DNA of 60,914 bases, from NCBI GenBank assembly GCA_040005235.1, contig JBDTZG010000031.1, positions 1 to 60,914 on the forward strand, given 5' to 3'. Made by a program: the position numbers and the translations under genes. Positions 1 to 8,913 of the stretch are shown here, piece after piece. The notes beneath the pieces are model-generated. The model was given only the letters and a program-made list of their open reading frames with translations, was not told where the DNA came from and searched no databases. This DNA comes from Acidobacteriota bacterium. GTDB lineage: Bacteria; Acidobacteriota; Thermoanaerobaculia; Multivoradales; UBA5704. Positions within the stretch are counted from its first letter, which is position 1, and each line of letters starts with the position of its first letter.

Positions 1-133
1 AGTAGTGGTCTGGTCCAGCTCAGTAGTGGTCTGGTCCAGCTCAGTAGTGGTCTGGGCCAGCTCAGTAGTGGTCTGGGCCAGCTCAGTGGTGGTCCGGGCC
101 AGCTCAGTGGTGGTCTGGGCCAGCTCAGTGGTG
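1..133. repeat. 21-bp tandem repeat, about 6.3 copies (AGTRGTGGTCYGGKCCAGCTC), probably truncated by the window edge
   Basis: Six consecutive units are read directly from 1-126, plus a partial unit. Confidence 0.95.
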
Positions 134-322
134 TTTCAGCCGAGCCCGGTAGCGAGCTGGTCGAACTTCCTGCCTTGCCAGTCTATGCTACCGCTATCCG
201 CGCTCCGCTCGCGAGCCGCGCCGGGGGCGGCGGGACACGAGCGCCGCGTCGAGTGTCAAGTCGCGCTCCGCGAACGCTCTCCGCACGGCGGGGTAGCGGG
301 CCAGCGCCTCGGCCGGTCAGCG

Positions 323-1378
323 TTAGGGCGACACCCCAATCGGCCGATCCCACGCCGTCCCGCGCAGCAACTCCGGCCAGGGCACGTCGTCGGTGAGGAT
401 GTTCTCGTCGCTGTTTGCTTCGGAGATTACGTTCAGGAACGCCCCGCTGCGGAACTGTGCTTCGGTCTGCTGCTCGTGGCCGGCGAAGATCGGCGGCGCC
501 ACGATCACTGCAACGCTCGGTGTCAAAAGCTCGGTGCAAGGCGGTACGCTGTCGCGGCACCAGGGCAAAGTTTCGATCCGACCAGAGGCCAACTTGCCTG
601 CGGCATCGATTGTGAAACGGAGCCGGAATTGAAAGCTGCTTTCTCCATAGCCGCACTGGGGGTCACAGGTGACAAGGTACGAGAAGACTTTTGCCCGGTA
701 GGTCAACGGCTCGACATCGCGAAAAAAGACCGTCTTGTAGCGCTCCTGCCCAGGCCCTGGGAACGGCTGTTTGAGGGCATCGGTGATCCGCAGCGTCCGC
801 GACAGGATCTCGAACACCTGAAGGTCAAACGCCGAAGGCGCGTCCGTCGAGCAGAGCTCGAACAGGTTCTCGGCCGCGAGGCTTCGCGAGGCACCGCTCG
901 CCGAGCCGGTGGGGGTGCTGCTGTACTGGCTGTTGATCAGGAGGCCCTGGGTGGGCTGGGTCGGGTCCACGACCCTCGGCGCCAGTTCCAGGCTTACGTC
1001 GATCCTCACCTCCTCCTCCGGCGAATGGAACGGCGTCGTCAGCAGATCCTTGCGCGCGAGAACGGCTTGCGGCAGCAGCGACCGGCGCGGGTTGAGGAGG
1101 TCCCTTTCTCGCTCCAGCAGGAGATCGAACCCCATCTGCCAGTCCCGGCGAATCAGGCCGGCGAAACTCGGATACACCCCCAGGCCCGAGTACCGGTCGA
1201 TCCCCGCCGACCAGACGAACAAGTTGACGCTCGGCCCATCGGTTGCCATGCGATGAACCAGACGCCCGAGCCTCGCTTCCTCGCAAGCTACCTCCAAAGG
1301 GGTGAGGGCGTAAGCGGTCGACGAAGGAGCCAGCATGGGCAATAAGGCGAGGAGCGATGCGCGTGTCTTCAGTCTCAT
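323..1378 (-). CDS. Secreted hypothetical protein
   Basis: ATG at 1378 gives MRLKTRASLLALLPMLAPSSTAYA, a Sec-type signal peptide. Several Cys pairs. Starts 13 bp after the upstream gene. Confidence 0.75.
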   Translation of the reverse strand: MRLKTRASLLALLPMLAPSSTAYALTPLEVACEEARLGRLVHRMATDGPSVNLFVWSAGIDRYSGLGVYPSFAGLIRRDWQMGFDLLLERERDLLNPRRSLLPQAVLARKDLLTTPFHSPEEEVRIDVSLELAPRVVDPTQPTQGLLINSQYSSTPTGSASGASRSLAAENLFELCSTDAPSAFDLQVFEILSRTLRITDALKQPFPGPGQERYKTVFFRDVEPLTYRAKVFSYLVTCDPQCGYGESSFQFRLRFTIDAAGKLASGRIETLPWCRDSVPPCTELLTPSVAVIVAPPIFAGHEQQTEAQFRSGAFLNVISEANSDENILTDDVPWPELLRGTAWDRPIGVSP

Positions 1379-1391
1379 CTCGATCTCCGAG

Positions 1392-3560
1392 CTACCGCTG
1401 AACAATTCGCAGTAGGGCGTCGTAAGGGTATCTGGGGGAGGTGATCTTGCAGGGGCCGCTCCCTCGGCAGAATTCTGGGGACGGCTTCCAGTCGATTTGC
1501 CCTTGATCCAGAGGCGCGGCCGAAGGGTTTGTCGGGTCGAGCCAGAAGAAGTCGAAATTTCCGGGCTGTGTGCCCAGGTGTAAGGTCAGGTCTACTTCTT
1601 GGTAGCGCGCGGTAGGTCGGCGCCGGCCGTCGTACGCGTCGAAGGCGAGGTTCACGCCCGTACAGCGGAGTAGTCCACTGTCCTGCCGCTTGAAGTCGTC
1701 CTCGTTGGCCTTGCACCGCGGCGTGCTCCGATGCACGTAGAGCAGAAACTGCCGGCCGCTCGTCGCCGTCCGAAAGTTCCTGGACTCCATCGCCGCCCAA
1801 TGCTTGCGGGACAGAGTGCCCGCGTCCCAGCTCGTGTTCGTCGGATAGGGGCCGACATCCGCCCAGCCGGCTCCCGTAGAGCCAGCCGTCGAAGCGATCA
1901 TCTCGTGGATCTTGATTCCGGCGAGATAGGCCCGGATCCGCCCGAGTTGGTCGCGCACCTTCTGGGCGTTGGTCTCGGTGTAGCTGTACCCGAAATGATC
2001 GAAGCTGCCGCCGCCGTGGAGCAGGAATTCCCAAGCTTCGGCCCGCACCGGATCGGGTAGGCCGAACTGGCGGGCATCCGGGGTGGTGGGCGGGATGTCG
2101 GTCTTGAACGTGCGCGTCCCTTTTTCCCCGCCGAGCGGCGTGATGTTGTCCTCGTTAAGGCCGAACACCTTCATGGGATCGCTGAACTCGCGGATCAGAC
2201 GGATCGCGCCGACCTCGAGCCGGTTGTTTCCTGATGTCGCGGGAAACGGCGCTGCTGGATTGGTCAGTACCTGCGTGTAGTGCCCGTTGATTACGTCCGG
2301 CCGGCAGCCCTTGTAGTCCGTTGCGGGTGTCGTCCGGCAAGGCAGACTGGTCGCTGTTCGCCACAGCTTGGCCGCGTCCTGGTGGTACAGCTGTACCGCA
2401 ATCGGGTGCCGGGCTTGAAGCGGCTTGCTGGGCGTCGCGTTCGTCTTCAGGTAGCGCGCCTCGGAGGCCTTGGTGTAGGCGATCATCTGCTGCTGCCAGG
2501 CGATCACGCGGTTGGGATCGATGTTGGCCTGCTCGGGTTCGTTGGCGATCTCCCACCAGACTTTGTCGTAGCACCAGAGCCAGTCGAGCGTCCAATCGAC
2601 GATCTTCTTTTGAAAACCCTGCATCCGCGCGTTGGCGGCGTTGGGTGGATCGGAAATGACGAACCAACGCGCATCGGTGAAGCCGACCTGTTCGATCAGC
2701 CCGGACGTCGGGTTGGGCGCGCCCGCCTGGTTGTTGCTCGCGACCCAGGGGCTGCGCTCCCCCTCGAACGGCGCGAAGAAAGTCACCTCGACGAACAGGT
2801 CGTTGCGCTTCGCCTCGCGGACGACGTTGCGAAGGCTCTCAAAGTACGCCCGGTTGATCATGTCAAATCGGTAGTAGCTCGAGGACTTCGCGCCGGGGAG
2901 AGGTTCGTTGACGAACAGGAAGGGTTGGTTCGCCGGCTCGCGGGCGGTAGTTGCCGGGAGGTGGCTGGGGTTTTCGTTGGCATGGCCCGAAAGTGCCACC
3001 CAGAGGCGGATCTTGTTAAGCCCCCGGGCTTTCAAGTCCGCGAAGATCGCCTTGTAGGTGCCGATCCGGCATTTGAAAGGGTCCAGATTCCCCATCTTGT
3101 CGACCAGGTCCATGTGGCAGGCGGCGTCGGCCGAAACGCCGACCAGGAGGGTCGTCTGAGGTGTCGTCGGCGCGCCGTAGGAGAAATAGTGCGGATAGGT
3201 CGCGGAGACTTGAATCGGCGTGACTGCGCCGGTATAGCCATCGCAGGTCGTAGGATTCGGGGTCTGGGAGGGGCCGAGTGAGGCAAAACTATCCGGGAAC
3301 GGCACGTCGGCGACGGCGATGTCCTGCTCTTGGGTTCCCTCGATCAACGGTTGGCCGAGGACCGAGAGGTCCACCGCGGGCAGCGGGTCTTCGTCCACGC
3401 CGGGATCGCTTCTCGGGGCGTCGGGCGGCGGCTCGTACTTCTCTTCCGGCGGATCGGGAGGATCGGTCTGAGCCCATGGCGACGCGGGGGCGAGGAGTAG
3501 AAGTAAGGCGGCGGCGAGCGCCGGGCGCCAGTGCAGCGAGAGCTTCTTTGCGTATACCAT
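1392..3560 (-). CDS. Secreted glycoside hydrolase clan A-like (GH5/DUF4038-like TIM barrel) protein
   Basis: Signal peptide ending PWA-Q, Pro/acidic linker, GLNKIRLW, VWWEIANEPE (NEP acid/base-like motif), GLNED (possible nucleophile), C-terminal beta domain with WLDP. Confidence 0.6.
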   Translation of the reverse strand: MVYAKKLSLHWRPALAAALLLLLAPASPWAQTDPPDPPEEKYEPPPDAPRSDPGVDEDPLPAVDLSVLGQPLIEGTQEQDIAVADVPFPDSFASLGPSQTPNPTTCDGYTGAVTPIQVSATYPHYFSYGAPTTPQTTLLVGVSADAACHMDLVDKMGNLDPFKCRIGTYKAIFADLKARGLNKIRLWVALSGHANENPSHLPATTAREPANQPFLFVNEPLPGAKSSSYYRFDMINRAYFESLRNVVREAKRNDLFVEVTFFAPFEGERSPWVASNNQAGAPNPTSGLIEQVGFTDARWFVISDPPNAANARMQGFQKKIVDWTLDWLWCYDKVWWEIANEPEQANIDPNRVIAWQQQMIAYTKASEARYLKTNATPSKPLQARHPIAVQLYHQDAAKLWRTATSLPCRTTPATDYKGCRPDVINGHYTQVLTNPAAPFPATSGNNRLEVGAIRLIREFSDPMKVFGLNEDNITPLGGEKGTRTFKTDIPPTTPDARQFGLPDPVRAEAWEFLLHGGGSFDHFGYSYTETNAQKVRDQLGRIRAYLAGIKIHEMIASTAGSTGAGWADVGPYPTNTSWDAGTLSRKHWAAMESRNFRTATSGRQFLLYVHRSTPRCKANEDDFKRQDSGLLRCTGVNLAFDAYDGRRRPTARYQEVDLTLHLGTQPGNFDFFWLDPTNPSAAPLDQGQIDWKPSPEFCRGSGPCKITSPRYPYDALLRIVQR

Positions 3561-3703
3561 GGCAAGCTACCATAGCACACCCATAATAGAATTATCTGGG
3601 GTTCAGCTTCAGGTGGCAACGGTTGACACTTGGGTCCAAAACGTCTGGGCCTGAAGGGTGACAGCCAGTTTGGGCCGGGCCGGCAACCCCGTAGTTCTGC
3701 AGC

Positions 3704-5134
3704 TCAACCCATCGAGCCGAGCCGGGGCCGCCGGGACAGCTCTTCGGCAGCCTTCCGGGCGAGCGCGGCGGTGGCGGTGTCTTGGACCACGGCGTCGAGG
3801 AACAGCCGGAGCGACATGTGCGCTTCGCGGTGGAGTTTCTCGCTTTCGAAGGTCTTCCGCATCTCGCGCACCATCGCGCGCACTTCGGCCCCGCGGCCTT
3901 GCGCAAGCAGGAGCGCCGCTTCTTCCAGGCCCACGAGCGCCGCGTCGAGCGCCAGATCGCGATCCGCGAAGGCTCTGCGGACGGCGGGGTAGCGAGCCAG
4001 CGCCTCGGCCGTCCGCCCGCTCGCGGCACAGATCCAGGCTTCCAGCCAATCGACGCGGAGGCGGTCGAGATCATTGCCCAGCTCTCCGGCGAGGGTGCGG
4101 ATTTCGGGCAACAGCGCCTCGGCCTCTGCGGGTCGGCCCAGGTGGAGCAGGTTGGTCGCCAGGCTGAACCGCAAGACGCAGCGCGGGCGGATCTCGTTGC
4201 CCGCATCGACAAGGGGCGCGGCCTCGCGCAAGGTCGCTACGGCCGCTTCCGGGTCGCCTTTCTGTTCGAGGGTGGTCGCTCGTTTTAGCAGCAGGCGCCC
4301 GCGGAGCGGCCCGTCCCCTTCGAGTTCCTGAGCACGATCGTGGGTTTCGAGCGCCCTTTTGAACTTTCGCTGATCGCGGAACAGAGAAGCTTCCAGGTCG
4401 AGCACGCGAACCTCGGAGAACAGACCCGGATCGTCGGCCGCCCCGCGGTCGAACCGCTCGCGGGCGCGGCGCATGGTGGTATCTGCGCTCTGGGGCAGAT
4501 TGCCGACGCGCGTCGCATTGCCAAGAAAAATGCCCGCGTAGCCGCTCACTCGGTCGCGCCAGGGGTCGCCGCCTGAAACCAGTTCCGCCGTTCGAACCGC
4601 CAATTGGGCCAGGTCGAGCGCGTCGCGCGCTGTGGCGCTGGCCGCGTTTTCGCTCTCGTGGCACAGAATCTCCACGAGCGCCCAGGAGTGGAAGCCGGGG
4701 AGCGTTTCAATCAGCAGGCGCCGCTCCGCGGGGGTACACGGCTCCAGCCGCCGCCAAAGGTCGAGGGCCGGGAGGCGCTCTTCTGCGCGCGGCATGGTGG
4801 GTTCGAGAGGCTCTGCGCAGAGCGACATTAAGGCCGGAACCATGGCTGCTGCCGCGCGTCGGCCAGCTTCAGCGCCGAATTCGGTCCCGAACCCGCCGCA
4901 GCTCCGGCCGTAGAGCTCGCGATCGGCTTGCGCCACGCTCTCCAAGAATCTCAACGGGCGGTGGACGGCCCCGGCGATTCGTTCGAGCTGAGCAGGAAGA
5001 GGGGTCACCTCGCCCCGTTCGTAGTCCGAAACCTGGCCAGGGTGCATCGACGCTTGCTCGGCCAGCTCGCGCTGCTGTAGTCCGGCGAGCGCCCGGGCGA
5101 GCCTCACCATCACTGCCTCCAACGCATCGCTCAT
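3704..5134 (-). CDS. XRE-family HTH + TPR-repeat transcriptional regulator (copy 1)
   Basis: N-terminal RALAGLQQRELAEQASMHPGQVSDYERG HTH followed by about 350 aa of TPR-like helices. Start ATG 5134 or TTG 5143. Confidence 0.85.
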   Translation of the reverse strand: MSDALEAVMVRLARALAGLQQRELAEQASMHPGQVSDYERGEVTPLPAQLERIAGAVHRPLRFLESVAQADRELYGRSCGGFGTEFGAEAGRRAAAAMVPALMSLCAEPLEPTMPRAEERLPALDLWRRLEPCTPAERRLLIETLPGFHSWALVEILCHESENAASATARDALDLAQLAVRTAELVSGGDPWRDRVSGYAGIFLGNATRVGNLPQSADTTMRRARERFDRGAADDPGLFSEVRVLDLEASLFRDQRKFKRALETHDRAQELEGDGPLRGRLLLKRATTLEQKGDPEAAVATLREAAPLVDAGNEIRPRCVLRFSLATNLLHLGRPAEAEALLPEIRTLAGELGNDLDRLRVDWLEAWICAASGRTAEALARYPAVRRAFADRDLALDAALVGLEEAALLLAQGRGAEVRAMVREMRKTFESEKLHREAHMSLRLFLDAVVQDTATAALARKAAEELSRRPRLGSMG

Positions 5135-5271
5135 TTCACTCAATCTTCGGCTCCCCGGGCGGCCCGCCGATGCCGCATGATCCCCCGGGCGACAAAGTTC
5201 GGCGATTTCTTCGCCGCGTCTCGCGCGGGCCGGACGGACCGGCAGCGCCTTCTACGCCCGGGAGAATCCTC

Positions 5272-5616
5272 ATGACTCGTTGCAAGGTCTTCGTGCCCCT
5301 CGTACTCGCCCTGTTGCTCGCCATTCCCGCGACCGCCTCGGCCGCCACACTCTCCCACGGGTCGGCGGAGGACTGGTCCGGCTGGATGCGCTCGATTTGG
5401 GCTGCGATCGGCTGTATTCTCGACCCCAGTGGCCTTTGCGCACAAGAGCGGCAGTCCGCCATTGGCTGTGGGATCGACCCGAGCGGGCACTGTGGCGCCG
5501 CGCCCGCGCCGGCCGAGATCGGCTGCGGCCTCGATCCGGATGGACACTGTGGCGCCGCGCCTGCGCCAGCCGAGATCGGCTGCACAATCGATTCAGGCGG
5601 ACGCTGCCGCGGGTGA
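5272..5616 (+). CDS. Small secreted repeat peptide precursor (114 aa; signal peptide + 4x IGCxxD[P/S]xGxC)
   Basis: GGAGA RBS at 5261, ATG 5272, signal peptide MTRCKVFVPLVLALLLAIPATASA, four Cys-x7-Cys units. Confidence 0.85.
   Translation: MTRCKVFVPLVLALLLAIPATASAATLSHGSAEDWSGWMRSIWAAIGCILDPSGLCAQERQSAIGCGIDPSGHCGAAPAPAEIGCGLDPDGHCGAAPAPAEIGCTIDSGGRCRG
5410..5607 (+). repeat. Intragenic 54/57-bp tandem repeats encoding the Cys-loop units
   Basis: The Gly codon of each GC motif starts at 5410, 5464, 5521 and 5578. The GAAPAPAEI spacer is duplicated. Confidence 0.9.
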
Positions 5617-5667
5617 ATCCTGGAAACCGGGAAGGGCCTTCGAGCGAAGATCCTCCAAGTATTAATT

Positions 5668-7113
5668 TCAGCGTTCAGGGTGTACCGCGCAGGCGCGCAC
5701 CCAAGCGCGGGCCGCTTCTCGGGCGAGTGCTACGGTAGCGGTCTCGCGTTCGGCGGCTTCGAGGAAAAGCCGGACCGAAGCCAGCTCCTCCTGTTCGAGC
5801 CCGTGAGCACCGAACTGGGGGCGCAGCTCGGCGGAGAGCTGCTTGACCCTGCCGTGGCGCCCGACTTCGAGATGGAGGGCGGCGGCTTCGAGACCGGCGA
5901 GCGCCGCATCCGCCCCCTGGTTCAGGCGGCAGAACTCGCCGACCAGGCTCTCGTAAGCAACGATCGCTTCCTCCCTGCGCCCGAACGCTTCGGCGACCCG
6001 GCCTTCCAGCCAGCGCAACCGGAGGGAGTCGAGCTCACCCCCGAGCTGGAGCGCAAGGGCGCGCACCTTCGGTAGATGCGATTGGGCTTCGTCGGCGCGC
6101 CCTAGACTCAGTAGGCTCACGACGAGGTTGAAGCGGACGACCAGCCGTTGCCGCTGATCCTCGGCCCGTTCGACCAATGGGAGGGCTTCGACCAAGTCTA
6201 GAAGCGCGGACTCAGATTTACCCATCACTTCCAGGGTGAAGGCCCGCTTTAGGAGCAGCCGGCCGCGCAGCCCTTCGCTCCCCTCCGCCAGTGCCTTGTC
6301 ATGAAGGTCCATCGCCTTCGCAAACTGCCGCTGGTCGCGCCAGAACGAGGCTTCCAGGTCCAACAGGCGCACCGGATCGAGCAGCCCCGGGTCCTCCTCC
6401 GCGCCGCGCGGAAACAGATCGTTCGCCCGGCCGAGCGCCGTCCGGGACCGTTCAAAATCGTTCGCCACCCGACAGGCGCTACTCAAATACCCCCAGGCGT
6501 AACCCTGCACCCGCCCACGCCAACCTTCGCTGCCGGAGACCCGCTCGGCGACCCATAGCGCCAGCTCGGCCAGCTGGACCGCTTGGCGGGCCGAATCGCT
6601 CGCTTCGATCCCACTCTCGTGGCTGAGCCGCTCCACCAGAGCCCAGCTCCAGACCTCCGGGGCCTGTTCGACCACGAAGCGGCGTTGCTTGGCGGTCTTG
6701 CCGGCGAGCCGACGCCAGAGGGAGGTTGCTTTGGCGCGCTCCTCCTCCGCGTGCCGCTGACGCATCTGTCCGAGCAGGCTCGAACGCAGCTCCAGCGCTC
6801 CGGCGGCCACCGCCTCTTCGATGCTTCGGCGTTCGGCGAGAGTCGGCTCGGCGGGGCCGGCTTCGGCGTCGACCCAGGGCACGAGCGTCGCCACGAACGC
6901 CAACGCGGCGGCGACCGCCCCGGGCGGAGCGTTCATCAGGGCGGCGAAGGTTTCGAGGCGCTCCCAGGTGATGTGAATGTCGCCCGACTCGATCTCCGAC
7001 ATCGCGCTCCGCGACAGGCCGGCGGCCTGGGCGAGCTGCGCCTGGCCCCAGTCGAGGGCGATGCGCAAGACCTTGAGCGCGCGGTGAAACGGAAAGCCGG
7101 TGGAGGTGGCCAT
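5668..7113 (-). CDS. XRE-family HTH + TPR-repeat transcriptional regulator (copy 2, paralog of 3704-5134)
   Basis: HTH LRIALDWGQAQLAQAAGLSRSAMSEIESG. Shared blocks with copy 1: SWALVE..HES, DPGL...R.LDLEAS..RDQR.F, LRGRLLLKRA. Confidence 0.88.
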   Translation of the reverse strand: MATSTGFPFHRALKVLRIALDWGQAQLAQAAGLSRSAMSEIESGDIHITWERLETFAALMNAPPGAVAAALAFVATLVPWVDAEAGPAEPTLAERRSIEEAVAAGALELRSSLLGQMRQRHAEEERAKATSLWRRLAGKTAKQRRFVVEQAPEVWSWALVERLSHESGIEASDSARQAVQLAELALWVAERVSGSEGWRGRVQGYAWGYLSSACRVANDFERSRTALGRANDLFPRGAEEDPGLLDPVRLLDLEASFWRDQRQFAKAMDLHDKALAEGSEGLRGRLLLKRAFTLEVMGKSESALLDLVEALPLVERAEDQRQRLVVRFNLVVSLLSLGRADEAQSHLPKVRALALQLGGELDSLRLRWLEGRVAEAFGRREEAIVAYESLVGEFCRLNQGADAALAGLEAAALHLEVGRHGRVKQLSAELRPQFGAHGLEQEELASVRLFLEAAERETATVALAREAARAWVRACAVHPER

Positions 7114-7118
7114 GGAAG

Positions 7119-7155
7119 TTGGTTCCTTTTAGATAAGGGTCTCTAAAAGAACCAA
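7119..7155. promoter_or_regulatory. AT-rich inverted repeat overlapping the RBS of regulator copy 2 (operator or translational hairpin)
   Basis: TTGGTTCCTTTTAGA-N8-TCTAAAAGAACCAA: 14-bp arms with one bulge, ending 5 nt before the ATG at 7113. Confidence 0.65.
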
Positions 7156-7390
7156 GTTGCCGCAGCCCCCCCTCAGGTGGACAAGAAATTCGACTTTCGG
7201 TAGATGGGGTGCGACCCGTCCGAACTCTGCCGCCCGGGTACGTACGCCACACCAGCAGTTGAACGTGTCGTGCCGAATCTCGATCGCAGGCGTTTACCGT
7301 CTCTCTCATGGACACCCCTTTCCCCCTCGGGCGTCTCGCACCCCCTCTCGCGCCCGAGGGGCTCGCGGATGCGCCGCTCTCGGTGGAGCC

Positions 7391-7834
7391 GTGACCGGCT
7401 TGACCTTTCGCCACGAGGCTCAAGAGATTTTCGCCCGCGCCGAAGCGGCGCTCGACCAAGGCCTGGTAGAAGACGCCGCAAGGCTCTTCGGTCTTTCTGC
7501 GGCGAAATGGCGCGCGACCGGCGATGTGTTTCCGGCGGCCGACGCCTACTTCGAGCTGGGGGCCATTCTCCTTCTTCAAGGGAGAGGAGGGCTGCTTTCC
7601 GATCTCGCCGATCGGTTGCTCGAACTGTTGAAGCAAGACCCACTTCCACCGGGCTCCCACGCGAAGCTTCGGATCTTTGCCGCATTGATGAGAAAGGGCG
7701 CAGCGAACCAGGACGCATTTTTCAGTCTAGTTCACGAACAGCGCCGTCATCGAAAGGCGGAGGCGTGCAACCTTTCGTTTTTGAAGGGTCGAGAAGTGGA
7801 CGCTCCCGACCTGGAAGGAGGAGATCGTCAATGA
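7391..7834 (+). CDS. Stand-alone TPR-like protein homologous to the C-terminus of the neighbouring regulators
   Basis: GTG 7391 after GGTGGAG. Ungapped match to the regulator C-terminus (AA....E..A.LL.QGRG...H..LR.F). Confidence 0.7.
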   Translation: MTGLTFRHEAQEIFARAEAALDQGLVEDAARLFGLSAAKWRATGDVFPAADAYFELGAILLLQGRGGLLSDLADRLLELLKQDPLPPGSHAKLRIFAALMRKGAANQDAFFSLVHEQRRHRKAEACNLSFLKGREVDAPDLEGGDRQ

Positions 7835-8238
7835 ATCCCGAAGTCGTCAAGTACCGGCTGGTCCTCGATCTGGACGTGGTGAGAGGAAGCCGCTGGCGCG
7901 AGTTGGCGCCGTTTCGCGAAGCGGTGTTGTCCCACTTCGCAAATCCGGATCTTCGCGCCGAGCTGGCCGTCGTGTGCGAGGCCATCGCCGATCAAATGCT
8001 CGAACGGGAGGAAGAAGACCTCGCCCCCGGGGAATCGTGGGCTACGGCGCGCCTGCGCGCGGTGCTCGCGGACCTTCTGTTCTCCAAGAAGGCGCTCGAT
8101 GAAATTCTGACCATCCTCCCGGACGATGATTCGATTCCGAACCGGCAGCAGTTGTCCCAACGTGCCGCCGCGCTGGTCCGGCAGCTCGACCGCGACCTGG
8201 CGAACCTCGAAAGCGACCTCGGCCCGCCGCCGGAGTAG
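7831..8238 (+). CDS. Hypothetical helical protein, translationally coupled to the upstream gene
   Basis: GGAGGAG RBS and ATGA overlap at 7831-7834. Confidence 0.75.
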   Translation: MNPEVVKYRLVLDLDVVRGSRWRELAPFREAVLSHFANPDLRAELAVVCEAIADQMLEREEEDLAPGESWATARLRAVLADLLFSKKALDEILTILPDDDSIPNRQQLSQRAAALVRQLDRDLANLESDLGPPPE

Positions 8239-8284
8239 GGCTCGGCGCGCACCGTCCGTCCGGGGTAGGATGAGGCGGATTCCC

Positions 8285-8911
8285 ATGACCCGCCTCTGCC
8301 ATCGAGTCGTCCCTCTTCTGGCCGCCGTCGCGCTGCTCGCTGGTTGTTACGTCGAGCAGCCGGCGGAGCAGCGTTCTTCTTCCCGCCCGTCAAGATCGAC
8401 GGCCGGCGGGGAACGTGACCAGTCGCCCCGGGCGAATCCCGAGCGCGATTCGCGGCGGTCTTCCGGGCACTCCTCTTCGACCTCCTCTCGATCCCGCGGC
8501 GATATCCGTTGGAGCGAGACCGACCCTCCGATCAATCTCTCCCATCTGTTCGAGGGGCAGATCAACAAGCGGGGCAAGCCGGTTGGATTCCATGCCAGGC
8601 CGGGGGGTGTCGATCCGGAGGGGGCTCGGCTGGTGCGGGTGGTGGACGGGCCGAACCGCGCGGGGGTGTATGTCGCGAAGGTCGAGATCCGCTCCGGTGG
8701 AGGGGAGTGGTTGGGTAAGACCTCCACGCTCTATCCGGACGAGCTCTCGGAAGACGACGTGGTGGCCGCGGTCCTCGCCGCGTTCGAGCAGTCGAGCGGC
8801 AGCGAGAAGTGGCGCGGCGATTCGGGGAAGGGCTTTACGATCGAGGGTTACTTCCAGGACGGCCGGATCAATACGGCCTATCCGATTTTTCGGGGATCGG
8901 GGGGAAGGTGA
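8285..8911 (+). CDS. Lipoprotein with bacterial EndoU-like ribonuclease domain
   Basis: Lipobox LAGC, Ser/Arg-rich linker, HLFEG..GFH..K.STLYP..TAYP pattern typical of bacterial EndoU domains. Alternative start 8270. Confidence 0.8.
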   Translation: MTRLCHRVVPLLAAVALLAGCYVEQPAEQRSSSRPSRSTAGGERDQSPRANPERDSRRSSGHSSSTSSRSRGDIRWSETDPPINLSHLFEGQINKRGKPVGFHARPGGVDPEGARLVRVVDGPNRAGVYVAKVEIRSGGGEWLGKTSTLYPDELSEDDVVAAVLAAFEQSSGSEKWRGDSGKGFTIEGYFQDGRINTAYPIFRGSGGR

Positions 8912-8913
8912 TC

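Noticed and set aside
1-133. CRISPR array
   Set aside because: Units are contiguous with no unique spacers, and no cas genes are in the window.
5-1345. 446-aa + strand ORF
   Set aside because: It begins in the tandem repeat and is antisense to the signal-peptide gene at 323-1378; a GC-rich shadow ORF.
5136-5585. Minus-strand ORF with QPISAGAGAAPQCP repeats
   Set aside because: It is the antisense reading of the repeat peptide gene, which has the RBS and signal peptide.
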